From contig CAZPQW010000016.1 of NCBI GenBank assembly GCA_964588985.1, positions 15,452 to 79,451 of the forward strand: a stretch of DNA of 64,000 nt. Direction: 5' to 3'. The notes beneath the pieces were generated by a model. The model did not search any database and was not told the origin of the DNA. It was given only the letters and a program-made list of their open reading frames with translations. Positions 9,200 through 18,667 of this stretch are shown piece after piece; position 1 is the first letter of the stretch; the number at the start of each line of letters is the position of its first letter. Both the position numbers and the translations under genes were made by a program. The DNA comes from an uncultured Solirubrobacteraceae bacterium (GTDB lineage: Bacteria > Actinomycetota > Thermoleophilia > Solirubrobacterales > Solirubrobacteraceae).

Positions 9200-10672
9200 T
9201 CAGGCGACCGGAGCCAGCGCCTCCGGCACGCGCACCGCGCGCAGGTCTCCATCCGGCTCGCGCACGATCCCCGCGGCACTCACCTGCGGCCACGGCGCAC
9301 CCGGCCGCGCGAGGTGGAAGCCCTGCACGAGCGGCACACCGAGCCGCCGCACCGCGTCGAGCTCCCCCGCCGTCTCCACTCCCTCGGCCACGAGCAAACT
9401 GCCGACCTGCTTGGCGTAACCGGCGAGCGCGCCCACGAGCGCGGCACGCTCACCGTCGCCGTCGATACCGGCGACCAGCGAGCGGTCGAGCTTGAGGTAG
9501 GCGGGACGGACGGAGGTGATCTGGCGCAGCCCCGAGTAGCCCGCGCCCATGTCGTCGACCGCGAGGCTCACGCCACGCGCCCGCAACGGCGCGATGACGA
9601 CCTGCAGCTGCATGTCGCTGTGGACGAGCGTCTCCTCGGTGACCTCCACGATCAGCCCCCGCAGGTCGTCCTGCCCGCGCGCGCCGACGCGTTCGAGCAT
9701 GTCGATGGTGCGGTCTTCGAGCAGCACGGGCGCGGACAGGTTGAGCGAGAGGCTCGTCCCTGCCGGACGGCGCGCATACAGCTCGAGCGCCAGACGCAGG
9801 CACGCGCGCTCGAGCGCCGGGCGCTCCCCGAGCTGCTCCGCGAGCGCGAACCAGTGCAGCGGGCTTCCGTCCATGCCTGGCTGGGAGAAGCGCGCTAGCG
9901 CCTCGTATGCGTGCACCGTGCCGGTGCGGATGTCCACGATCGGCTGCACCGCCATCGACAGCCCCTCGCCTAGCAGCAGCTGCGCGAGCGCGCCTTCCGC
10001 GAGCGCCATGTCGCCACCCGCAAAGCCCTCGCCCGAGGGACGCGCGGGCGCCCCTCCCTCCCCCGCGTTCGCGCGCCCGCTGCGCTCAGCCACGCGCGCG
10101 GCGATGTCCCCGGCGAGCAGCAGCGTCTCGGCGCTGTCGGCCTGCAGGCGCGCCTGGCGCAGCAGCAGGTTGAGCTCGTTGGTGAGCCTGCCCGCGGTGA
10201 GCAGGAACGCGACCGTGGCGACGCACATCGCGGCGTAGTCGCCGTGCAGGTAGCCCGCGCGCGCGATCGGCAGCGCGAGCGCGCCCAACACGATCGTGCG
10301 GCCCATCCAGTGCACTCGCCCGCCGCGCGCGAGCACGCCGCTCGCGACCGCCACCAGCCACAGCAGGCTGAGCACGTTCACCCACTGCCCGCCGAAGCCG
10401 ATCAGCAGCACGCCCGCGCTGCCGGCGAGCGACTCCTCGACGCTCAGCCACCGAAGCCGGGGCGCGGCGAGCTGCACACCGGCGGTGAGGGCGATCGTCG
10501 CGAAGGCGATGAGCCCGAGCGTCGGATGCGGAAGCAGGCTCGACTGGGAGAGAACCAGCGCGATGCCGACGAAACCCACGGCGACGCGCGTCGTCGCGGC
10601 GGTCCTGCGTGCGCGCAGGATGTGACCGCCCGTCTCGATCGGTACAGGAGCGGCTAGCAACTCCATCGTCAC
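9200..10672 (-). CDS. Membrane-anchored EAL-domain c-di-GMP phosphodiesterase
   Basis: Several N-terminal TM segments; QPIV, YEALAR, LNLS, EVTE, DDMGAGYS, KLDR, AEGVE, QGF. Confidence 0.92.
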   Translation of the reverse strand: MTMELLAAPVPIETGGHILRARRTAATTRVAVGFVGIALVLSQSSLLPHPTLGLIAFATIALTAGVQLAAPRLRWLSVEESLAGSAGVLLIGFGGQWVNVLSLLWLVAVASGVLARGGRVHWMGRTIVLGALALPIARAGYLHGDYAAMCVATVAFLLTAGRLTNELNLLLRQARLQADSAETLLLAGDIAARVAERSGRANAGEGGAPARPSGEGFAGGDMALAEGALAQLLLGEGLSMAVQPIVDIRTGTVHAYEALARFSQPGMDGSPLHWFALAEQLGERPALERACLRLALELYARRPAGTSLSLNLSAPVLLEDRTIDMLERVGARGQDDLRGLIVEVTEETLVHSDMQLQVVIAPLRARGVSLAVDDMGAGYSGLRQITSVRPAYLKLDRSLVAGIDGDGERAALVGALAGYAKQVGSLLVAEGVETAGELDAVRRLGVPLVQGFHLARPGAPWPQVSAAGIVREPDGDLRAVRVPEALAPVA

Positions 10673-10752
10673 CCGATCGACCTCGCGCGCGCACGGCTTG
10701 AGGGTGGAGACCGTACTTTCGGCCGATCGGCAGTCGCGTGCCGGCAGCCGCC

Positions 10753-11289
10753 TCAGTCTTCGATGCAGGGGGCTCCGGCGAGCTTTCCCTCGACGAGCGC
10801 CGCGTGCGCGTGTGCGGCGTGCGTGCCCGGAGGCAGGCCGAGCCGCAGGCCCACGCGACGCAGCAGCTCCAGCATCTGCTCCCGCTCGTCAGCGCTGAGA
10901 TCAGCGCACAGGTGCTGCTCGAAGCCGGTCGCCACGACGAGCGCCTGACCGAGCAGCTCGCGCCCGTCGTCGGTCAGGTGCAGCGCACGGGTGCGCCGGT
11001 CCAGCGGGTTGTGCCGGCGTTCGAGCAGCCCACGCTCCTCGAGCCCGTCGACGAACGCGACCATCCTGCTCGGGGGGATCTGCAGCCGCTCGCCGATCGC
11101 CTGCTGGGACTGGCCCTCGGAGGCTCCCACGGCGCGCAACAGCGCGAACTCGCGTGGTTCCAGCTCCAGCGGCGCGAGCGTCTGGTGGAAGTGGCGGCTG
11201 ACGGCGTAGCCGGTCGAGGAGAGTGTGAAGCCGACCGAGCGGAAGGAAGCGCTCGCATCGAGCGTCGGTACGTCTATGTCGCTCTCCAT
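10753..11289 (-). CDS. MarR family transcriptional regulator
   Basis: LEERGLLER...DRR...LHLTDDG motif; divergent from the MMPL operon. Confidence 0.92.
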   Translation of the reverse strand: MESDIDVPTLDASASFRSVGFTLSSTGYAVSRHFHQTLAPLELEPREFALLRAVGASEGQSQQAIGERLQIPPSRMVAFVDGLEERGLLERRHNPLDRRTRALHLTDDGRELLGQALVVATGFEQHLCADLSADEREQMLELLRRVGLRLGLPPGTHAAHAHAALVEGKLAGAPCIED

Positions 11290-11375
11290 ACCCCCGATGA
11301 TACTGCAGCGGAAAGACTTCTTATGTATATTATTCTGCACGGAATCATTCCTACCCGAATCGATGGAGTAGAACC

Positions 11376-13532
11376 ATGACATCGCTCACCCGCTGGGTCC
11401 TCGCCCACAAACGCATCGTCGTCGGCTTCTGGGTCGTGCTGACCCTCGTGGGCATGGTCTCGTCGAGCTCCGCGACGAAAGCGCTCAAGCAGAAGTTCTC
11501 CGTGCCGGGCAAGGAAGGCTGGCTGACCAACCGCCAGATCGCGAAGGACTTCCACGGCACCGGCGGCAACGGCGCCCCGCTGCTCGCGGTGGTGACGCTT
11601 CCCGCGGCCAGCCCCGTCGACTCCAAGAGCGTGCAAAGCGAACTGCGCGCGGTGGAATCGCGGATCGAGAGCACCCTGCCGGGTACGCGCATGGCTGGCT
11701 ACGCGAGCACGCACGAACAGGCCCTCCTGTCGAGCGACAGGCACACGACGTTCATCGTCGCCTACCCCCCGCCCGACCCGACGCAGGCGTTCGAAAACAA
11801 CCCCGAAGCGGCGAAACGCGCGAGCGCGGCGCTGAAGGGCGCGACCGTGGCGGGCGCCCCGGTGCACCTGACGGGCTACGACGCGCTCTCGAACCAGAGC
11901 GGCGGCGGCAAGGGGCCGGGCGTGCTGCTCGAGGCGATGCTCGGCGGGCTCGGAGCGCTGCTGGTGCTGGCGTTCGTGTTCGGCTCGTTCCTCGCGGTCG
12001 TGCCGATCATGATGGCGATCGTTTCGATCCTCACGACGTTCCTCGTCGTTTGGGGCCTCACGACGATCACGGAAGTCTCCCCGATCGTGCAGTTCCTGAT
12101 CGCGCTGATCGGGCTGGGCGTGTCGATCGACTACTCGCTGCTGGTTGTGGTCCGCTGGCGCGAGGAGCGCGCCCACGGCCTGTCGGGCGAGGAGGCGATC
12201 GAGCGCGCGATGCAGACCGCGGGTCGGGCGGTGGTGTTCAGCGGCACGACCGTCGCGATCGGCCTATTCGCGCTCGTCGCACTGCCGGTGCCGTTCCTGC
12301 GCTCCGTCGGCTACGGCGGCATGCTGATCCCTCTGATCAGCGTGATCGTGGCGCTGACGCTGCTGCCGGTGGTGCTGAGCAAGCTCGGCTCGCGCCTGGA
12401 CTGGCCGCACATCCGCGACGACGACAAAGCGAGCCGCTCTTGGACGGGCTGGGCGAACCTGATCGTGCGCGCGCGTTGGGTCGCCGCGCTGGGCGCGGCG
12501 CTCATGCTCGCTGCGCTCGTGCTCGCGGCGACGAACCTGCAGCTGGGCACGTCGAACGTGAACACGATCGCCAAAGAAGGCGACGCCAAGCAGGGCCTCA
12601 TCGCGCTCGAGCGCTCGGGGATCGGCTCGGGCGTGATCGTGCCGAACGAGGTGCTCGTCGAAGGCGCGAGCTCTCCGACCGCGGTGGCGCAAACGCTCGC
12701 GAAGCTTCCGGGCATCCACGGCGCGGTCGCGCCGAGCTCGTCGCGGTGGCGCCGTCCGGGCGCGGCGGTCGTCGACGCATTCACCATCCCCGACGCCTCC
12801 ACGGCGGCCGGCCGCTCGACGCTCGAAGACGTGCGCTCAACCGTGCGCGCGGCGTCGCCGGGAGTCCGACTCGGCGGGCTGGCCGCGCAGAACAAAGACT
12901 TCATCGACGCGGTGTACGGCAACTTCCCGCTGATGATCGCGTTGATCGCCATCATCACGTTCATCCTGCTCGCACGCGCGTTCCGCTCGCTGCTGCTGCC
13001 GCTGAAGGCGGTGATCCTGAACGTGATCAGCGTGGGCGCCGCGTGGGGCGTGCTCGAGCTGGTGTGGCAGACCGGCCACGGCTCGCACCTGATCTGGGGC
13101 ATCTCGGCGACCGGGTCGATCACCGCGTGGATCCCGCTCATGGTGTTCGCGTTCCTGTTCGGTCTTTCTATGGACTACGAGGTGTTCATCCTGGCGCGCA
13201 TGCGCGAGGAGTACGACGCGACCGGCGACACGAACACCGCGGTGGTGCGCGGCATCGGGCGCACGGGCCGGCTGGTGACGAGCGCGGCGCTGATCCTGTT
13301 CCTCGCGTTCGTGTCGCTCGCGTCCGGCCCCGAGACCGAAATCAAAGTCCTCGCGACGGGCCTCGCTGCTGGCATCCTGCTCGACGCGACGGTGATCCGC
13401 GCGCTGTTCGTGCCAGCGGCGGTGTCGCTGTTCGGCCGCTGGAACTGGTGGCTGCCGCACCTGCCCGCGCGGCTCCTGCGCGTGCAGCCATCGCTCCCGC
13501 CGCGCGTCGCGACCGAGTCGGAGGCGTCGTGA
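11376..13532 (+). CDS. MMPL/RND family transporter
   Basis: Two repeats with GLGVSIDYSLL and FGLSMDYEVF motifs. Confidence 0.95.
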   Translation: MTSLTRWVLAHKRIVVGFWVVLTLVGMVSSSSATKALKQKFSVPGKEGWLTNRQIAKDFHGTGGNGAPLLAVVTLPAASPVDSKSVQSELRAVESRIESTLPGTRMAGYASTHEQALLSSDRHTTFIVAYPPPDPTQAFENNPEAAKRASAALKGATVAGAPVHLTGYDALSNQSGGGKGPGVLLEAMLGGLGALLVLAFVFGSFLAVVPIMMAIVSILTTFLVVWGLTTITEVSPIVQFLIALIGLGVSIDYSLLVVVRWREERAHGLSGEEAIERAMQTAGRAVVFSGTTVAIGLFALVALPVPFLRSVGYGGMLIPLISVIVALTLLPVVLSKLGSRLDWPHIRDDDKASRSWTGWANLIVRARWVAALGAALMLAALVLAATNLQLGTSNVNTIAKEGDAKQGLIALERSGIGSGVIVPNEVLVEGASSPTAVAQTLAKLPGIHGAVAPSSSRWRRPGAAVVDAFTIPDASTAAGRSTLEDVRSTVRAASPGVRLGGLAAQNKDFIDAVYGNFPLMIALIAIITFILLARAFRSLLLPLKAVILNVISVGAAWGVLELVWQTGHGSHLIWGISATGSITAWIPLMVFAFLFGLSMDYEVFILARMREEYDATGDTNTAVVRGIGRTGRLVTSAALILFLAFVSLASGPETEIKVLATGLAAGILLDATVIRALFVPAAVSLFGRWNWWLPHLPARLLRVQPSLPPRVATESEAS

Positions 13533-14533
13533 TGGGCGAGAACGGCATCGAGGTGCAGGGCCTGGTGCGCGACTTCAAGGGCGGCGTGCGGGCAGTCGAC
13601 GGGATCGACCTGCACGTCTCCCCCGGCGAGATCTACGGCTTCCTCGGTCCGAACGGCGCAGGCAAGTCGACGACGGTCCTGGTGCTCACGACGCTGCTGC
13701 CGCCCACGTCGGGCACCGCGCGCGTGGCGGGGCTAGACGTGGTCCGCCAGGGCGCGGAGGTGCGTCGCGCGATCGGCGCCTCGCTGCAGGAGTCGGCGCT
13801 CGACCCGTTCCTGACGGGCCGCGAGCACATGCGCCTACAGAGCGCGCTGCACGGCCTCGGCAAGGCGGAGCGCGAGAAGCGAGGCACGGAGCTGCTGGAG
13901 CGCGTCGGGCTGACCGATGCGGCAGACCGCAAGGTGGGCGGCTACTCGGGCGGGATGAAGCGCCGCCTGGATCTCGGTCTCGCGCTGGTGCACGGCCCGC
14001 GGCTGCTGTTCCTCGACGAGCCAACCACGGGCCTCGACCCTCAGAGCCGCGCGGCGCTGTGGGACGAGGTGCGCCGCCTGGCGAACGACGGCGTGACGGT
14101 GTTCCTCACGACGCAGTACCTCGAGGAGGCGGACGTGCTCGCCGACCGCGTGGGGATCATCGACCGCGGCAAGATCGTCGCGGAGGGCACGCCCGCCGAG
14201 CTGAAGGCGGCGATCGGCCGCCCGAGCGTCGAGGCGACGCCCGCGGACCCGGGCGACCGCGAGCGGTTGACGGCGGTGATGGGACGCTTCGGCGAGCCCG
14301 CGGCGGCATCGCCGAACGGCGTCGCGGCGCGACTGCCGGAGGGCGTGGGCGACCTCGCGGAGATCGTGCGCACGCTCGACGCGGAGCACATCCCGATCGC
14401 GGACCTGCGCCTGCACACCCCCACCCTCGACGACGTGTTCCTGGCCAAGACGGGGCGCTCGCTGGAGGGCGCGGGCGACGGCGCGGACGCGGGCCCGGAG
14501 GAAGAGCGGGCGACGACGGCGGTGGGCTCGTGA
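13532..14533 (+). CDS. ABC transporter ATP-binding protein (DrrA-like)
   Basis: GPNGAGKST, YSGGMKRRL, LFLDEPTTGLDP; coupled to the MMPL stop. Confidence 0.95.
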   Translation: MGENGIEVQGLVRDFKGGVRAVDGIDLHVSPGEIYGFLGPNGAGKSTTVLVLTTLLPPTSGTARVAGLDVVRQGAEVRRAIGASLQESALDPFLTGREHMRLQSALHGLGKAEREKRGTELLERVGLTDAADRKVGGYSGGMKRRLDLGLALVHGPRLLFLDEPTTGLDPQSRAALWDEVRRLANDGVTVFLTTQYLEEADVLADRVGIIDRGKIVAEGTPAELKAAIGRPSVEATPADPGDRERLTAVMGRFGEPAAASPNGVAARLPEGVGDLAEIVRTLDAEHIPIADLRLHTPTLDDVFLAKTGRSLEGAGDGADAGPEEERATTAVGS

Positions 14534-15309
14534 ACGGCTCGCACGCGACCCAGATCGGCGTGCTGGCGAGGCGCTCGATGCTGAAGACGCTGCGCCAGCC
14601 GTTTCAGATGTTCCCAATCGTGTTCTTCCCGCTGATCCTGCTGGCGGTGAACGCGAGCGGCCTGCGCGCGGCGACGCGCCTGCCCGGCTTCCCCACCCAC
14701 TCCTACATCTCCTTCGCGATCGCGGTGGCGTTCATCCAGGGAGGCATGTTCGCGCTGATCAACACCGGCACGAACCTCGCGGAGGACATCGAGAGCGGCT
14801 TCTTCAACCGCCTCGCGCTGACGCCGCTGCGGCGCGTGTCGCTGATCGCGGGGCTGCTGGTGGGCGTGGCGGCGCTCGGCGTGCTGCAGTCGGGCGTGTA
14901 CATCCTGATGGGCGTGATCGCGGGCGCCCACCTCGAAGCGGGCGTGGGCGGGGCGCTCGTGATCCTCGCGCTCGGCTCGCTCACGGCGGTCGGCTTCGGC
15001 GCGCTCGGTTGCGCGGCGGCTCTTCGCACCGGTTCGGGCGAGGCGGTGCAGGGCCTCTTCCCCCTGTTCTTCGTGTTCATCTTCCTGTCGTCGAGCAACC
15101 TCCCGCGCAACCTGCTGCGGACGGGCTGGTTTCACACGGTCGCGACCTGGAACCCGATCTCGTACCTGATCGAGGGCTTCAGAAGCCTTTTCATCTATGG
15201 ATGGGATGGCGCGGCGTTGTGGCGTGGCTTCGCGGTGGCGATCGGGCTGACGCTTCTGGCTCTCCTCGCGGTGGCCGGGGCTATGAACACCAGAATGCAA
15301 CGGACATGA
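14530..15309 (+). CDS. ABC-2 type permease
   Basis: Six TM segments, DIESGFFNRL, WNPISY; GTGA overlap with the upstream gene. Confidence 0.92.
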   Translation: MNGSHATQIGVLARRSMLKTLRQPFQMFPIVFFPLILLAVNASGLRAATRLPGFPTHSYISFAIAVAFIQGGMFALINTGTNLAEDIESGFFNRLALTPLRRVSLIAGLLVGVAALGVLQSGVYILMGVIAGAHLEAGVGGALVILALGSLTAVGFGALGCAAALRTGSGEAVQGLFPLFFVFIFLSSSNLPRNLLRTGWFHTVATWNPISYLIEGFRSLFIYGWDGAALWRGFAVAIGLTLLALLAVAGAMNTRMQRT

Positions 15310-16097
15310 GCGGCACACGTGTGACCGGCGGTGGGATCTGGCGCGTGGCGGGCACGATCGCGTGGCGCAGCCTGCACACGTACGTGCGCCGGCCGGACCT
15401 GTTCGTTCCTTCGCTGGTGTTCCCGCTGATCTTCCTCGCGAGCTTCGCGGGCGGGCTGTCGGCGCTGGGCTCGGTGCCGGGCTTCCACTTCCCGGCGGGC
15501 TACACGGCGTTCCAGTTCGTGTTCGTGCTGTGCCAGTCGGCGATGTTCGCGGGGCTGTTCACGGGCTTCACGCTCGCGTTCGACTTCGAGAGCGGCTTCG
15601 CGCGGCGGCTGATGCTCGCGGCGGAGGACCGGCGCGGGATCGCGCTCGGCTATGCGCTGGTGGCGCTGTCGCGCGCGGCGATCACCCTGAGCGTGGTCAC
15701 CGCGGTGGCGGTGGCGACTGGGATGCGGGTGACGGGCGACGGCGTGGACGTGTTCGGGCTGTATGGGCTGGCGGCGCTGCTGGTGCTGGTGGGCTATGGC
15801 TGGGCGGCGGGCGTGGCGTTCCGCTTCCGCTCGATCCAGGCGGGGCCGCTGATGCAGACGCCGGTCTTCCTGATCATCTTCCTCGCCCCGGTGTACGTGC
15901 CGCTGGGGCTGCTCAAAGGCTGGATTCACACGGTGGCGAGCGTGAACCCGGCGACCGCCTTCCTGGAGGCCGGCCGCGGACTGATCTCGGGCGTGCACGA
16001 CCACACGGCGCTCGCGTACGTGTGCGCGGTGGCGCTGATCGGGCTGTTCGGGATCTGGATGCTGCTGGGGCTGCGCAGCGCCGAACGCTCGACCTAG
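15306..16097 (+). CDS. ABC-2 type permease
   Basis: DFESGFARRL, VNPAT; ATGA overlap with the upstream gene. Confidence 0.92.
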   Translation: MSGTRVTGGGIWRVAGTIAWRSLHTYVRRPDLFVPSLVFPLIFLASFAGGLSALGSVPGFHFPAGYTAFQFVFVLCQSAMFAGLFTGFTLAFDFESGFARRLMLAAEDRRGIALGYALVALSRAAITLSVVTAVAVATGMRVTGDGVDVFGLYGLAALLVLVGYGWAAGVAFRFRSIQAGPLMQTPVFLIIFLAPVYVPLGLLKGWIHTVASVNPATAFLEAGRGLISGVHDHTALAYVCAVALIGLFGIWMLLGLRSAERST

Positions 16098-16156
16098 TGT
16101 TCACGGAGCCCTCGACTGGGCTCGCGCCGCAAGGCTTTAAGTCCTAGTCAGAAACA

Positions 16157-16501
16157 CTATGACGAAGATTGAAGCCGCCGAGCGAGCTCCTCGGCTTGAG
16201 TCGTACTCAAGAGCACCCTTTGCAACACGCCGTGGTTACGCACCGCAAATGACAACCCCGGCACGTTTCGCCGCACGATGAAGAGCTGATCGAGGCGGAT
16301 GGTGCGCGCGACGAACATCAGCCACGGGAGACGCAACCCGACCTTCATCCCGCCCCGCATCGCCTCGCGGACTGGATTCTCGACGACCTCGACTTCGCTG
16401 ATGTCCGAGCGCGCGAGGGTGAGGTCTCGCATCAGCCCGAGCACCTTCTCCCACCGGGCCAGGCGCACTTCGACGGACTGCTCGGTGACGATGACGCGCA
16501 T
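16157..16501 (-). CDS. Hypothetical protein (possible PH-like fold)
   Basis: MRVIVTEQSVEVRLARWEKVLG..., GLRLP motif; divergent from the next gene. Confidence 0.65.
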   Translation of the reverse strand: MRVIVTEQSVEVRLARWEKVLGLMRDLTLARSDISEVEVVENPVREAMRGGMKVGLRLPWLMFVARTIRLDQLFIVRRNVPGLSFAVRNHGVLQRVLLSTTQAEELARRLQSSS

Positions 16502-16580
16502 GCGCGAAGCGTATCCGGCTTGCAAACGCGGCCAATGGGGGTAGAACGAGGGAGAGGAAATCGAGCGAAGGGAGCGGGCG

Positions 16581-17024
16581 ATGGTTGAGTCCTCGGGGAC
16601 GCCCACCAGAGTGCTGGTGGTGGCGCACAAGACGGCGGCGACGCAACCGCTGCTGGATGCGGTGCGAGCGCGCGCCGCAAGGGGCCCGAGCAGCTTCACG
16701 CTGCTTGTCCCGAACGCGGCCCACGGGCTGCACAGGGTGGTGGACGCGGAGGATCAGGGAGCGGACGAGGCCCGGTCGGTGATCGCGCAGGCGGTGCCGC
16801 TGTTGAGCGATGCGGCGGGCGCACCGGTGGAGGGCATCGTTGGCGATCCGGACCCCACGGCGGCGGTTCAGGACGCGCTCAACCTGCGCGGCTTCGACGA
16901 GGTGATCGTCTCGACGCTCTCACCGCGGTTGTCGCGCTGGCTGAAACTGGACCTGCCGAGCAAGGTGTCGGGGATGGGGCTTCCGGTGACCACCGTGACC
17001 CCGACGGACGAGCACGAAGGATAG
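16581..17024 (+). CDS. USP-like conserved hypothetical protein
   Basis: RVLVVAHKTA...GDPDP..A...DEVIVSTL...SRWL. Confidence 0.75.
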   Translation: MVESSGTPTRVLVVAHKTAATQPLLDAVRARAARGPSSFTLLVPNAAHGLHRVVDAEDQGADEARSVIAQAVPLLSDAAGAPVEGIVGDPDPTAAVQDALNLRGFDEVIVSTLSPRLSRWLKLDLPSKVSGMGLPVTTVTPTDEHEG

Positions 17025-17077
17025 CGATGACGACAGTTGTCAGCACGATAGTCTTGCGTTTATAAATCGAAGCCTGC

Positions 17078-17134
17078 AGACAGTTCGGAGACGCCTCAGA
17101 CCTTACGAGACATCTGTCTGTGGAACTTTCGTCT
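17078..17134. promoter_or_regulatory. Phased AGAC repeats and an AGAC-N4-GTCT palindrome upstream of the XRE gene
   Basis: AGAC at 17078, 17089, 17098, 17108; GTCT at 17116 and 17131. Confidence 0.4.
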
Positions 17135-17156
17135 GAGCAGAGCGAGAGTTGAAACG

Positions 17157-17375
17157 ATGGAGACTGTCCGCAGACAATTTGCCGCCAACCTACGCCACCA
17201 CCGCGACCGCGCGGGGCTGTCTCAGGAGGCGCTGGCGGACATCTGCGATCTGCACCGCACCGAGATCAGCCTGCTCGAGCGCTGCAAGCGCTCGCCGCGC
17301 CTTGAGACGATCGTGATCCTCGCCCACGGACTGCAGCTCTCCTCCCCGGGTGAGCTGCTCGAGGGAATCAGCTAG
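17157..17375 (+). CDS. XRE/Cro family HTH regulator
   Basis: GLSQEALA...LHRTEISLLER..RSP. Confidence 0.9.
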   Translation: METVRRQFAANLRHHRDRAGLSQEALADICDLHRTEISLLERCKRSPRLETIVILAHGLQLSSPGELLEGIS

Positions 17376-17424
17376 AGGCACGTGGCAACGCGCCGAGGCG
17401 CGGACGCACCGGCCCAGTCGCGCG

Positions 17425-17661
17425 TCAGCTGTGGGCCGGCTCTGCGCGCAGGATTCGCGTGCCACCGTCAGCCGAGACCAAGACGACAGCTCGGTTGTCG
17501 CCGAGAGCCCGCTCGATCGCGGCATCGGTGTGGGGAGTATCGGCGTCGATGAAAGCCGCGCGCTCAGGGTAGGGCGAGCGTTCCAAGATCGCCAGCTCGA
17601 TCGCCTCGTCCATCACACGAGCCGCGGGTGATCCGTTGCCGTTGGTGCTCATCTGCGCCAT
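17425..17661 (-). CDS. Small hypothetical protein
   Basis: ATG with GAGG upstream; plausible composition. Confidence 0.55.
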   Translation of the reverse strand: MAQMSTNGNGSPAARVMDEAIELAILERSPYPERAAFIDADTPHTDAAIERALGDNRAVVLVSADGGTRILRAEPAHS

Positions 17662-17798
17662 GCCTCGATCATAGGTTGATAGCCGCCCGTCGCATCGTGT
17701 GCTGGCTCGTTCATGCTGCCAACCTACGGCGCGCTTGCGATGGGACTCTCGCGCGACCTGGCCGCCGAGCCGTCTGGAGCCCCACTTACTGTTGCCGC

Positions 17799-18521
17799 AT
17801 GAGCTGGCACACGGGCAGACTTGCGGCTTTCGACATCGAGACGACGGGCATCGATCCGACACGCGATCGCATCGTGACGGCGGCGGTGAGCGTCGTCGGC
17901 GGCGGACAGCCCTCCGAGCATCGCTCGTGGCTGGTTGACCCAGGCATCGAGATCCCGGCCGGCGCTACCGCCGTGCATGGCATCACGAACGAGCGCGCCC
18001 GGGCCGAGGGGCAGGACCCGCGCGAGGCGGTGGAGGAGATCACCGCGGCGTTGGCCGAGCAGCTTCGCGGCGGCGTGCCGGTGATCGCTTTCAACGCACG
18101 CTTCGACCTGACGATCCTCGATCGCGAAGCCCACCGGCACGAATGCCAAGCGCTCGTCGACCGCGTAGGTGGAGAGAGCGGCATGCTCGTGATCGACCCT
18201 CACGTCCTCGACAAGCAGTTCGATCGTTTCCGGCGAGGAAAGCGGACGCTGGGCGCTGTGTGCGAGCACTACCGCGTCCCATTCGACGAGGCGCACGCCG
18301 CGGGAGCGGACGCGCTCGCGGCGGCCCGACTCGCGTACAGGCTCGGCTCGACGGTCGAGGAGCTGCGCGACCTCGACCTCCCCGCTTTGCACCGCGAACA
18401 GATCTCGTGGGCGGCCGAGCAGGCCGCGTCGCTGCAGGACTACTTCCAGCGCCAGGGCCGCAACGAGCACGTCGAGGGGGCCTGGCCGGTCATCCCCGAG
18501 GCTCTCCCGCAGGCCGCCTAG
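17799..18521 (+). CDS. DEDDh 3'-5' exonuclease (DnaQ-like)
   Basis: FDIETTG, VHGIT, FNARFD, AHAAGADA. Confidence 0.93.
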   Translation: MSWHTGRLAAFDIETTGIDPTRDRIVTAAVSVVGGGQPSEHRSWLVDPGIEIPAGATAVHGITNERARAEGQDPREAVEEITAALAEQLRGGVPVIAFNARFDLTILDREAHRHECQALVDRVGGESGMLVIDPHVLDKQFDRFRRGKRTLGAVCEHYRVPFDEAHAAGADALAAARLAYRLGSTVEELRDLDLPALHREQISWAAEQAASLQDYFQRQGRNEHVEGAWPVIPEALPQAA

Positions 18522-18581
18522 ACGCGGGCCGCCCAGCGGGTTTGGCTAGCTGCGCCCGAGCGCGATACAGTGCTCGCACCC

Positions 18582-18654
<73 letters not shown>

Positions 18655-18667
18655 TGCCGAGCGCTGC

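Noticed and set aside
12050-13531. Apparent 827-aa ABC ATPase, and similarly extended ORFs (29793-31994, 26315-27988, 5991-7367, 18668-20374)
   Set aside because: High-GC alternative-frame read-through over neighbouring genes; the real starts are coupled to upstream stops.
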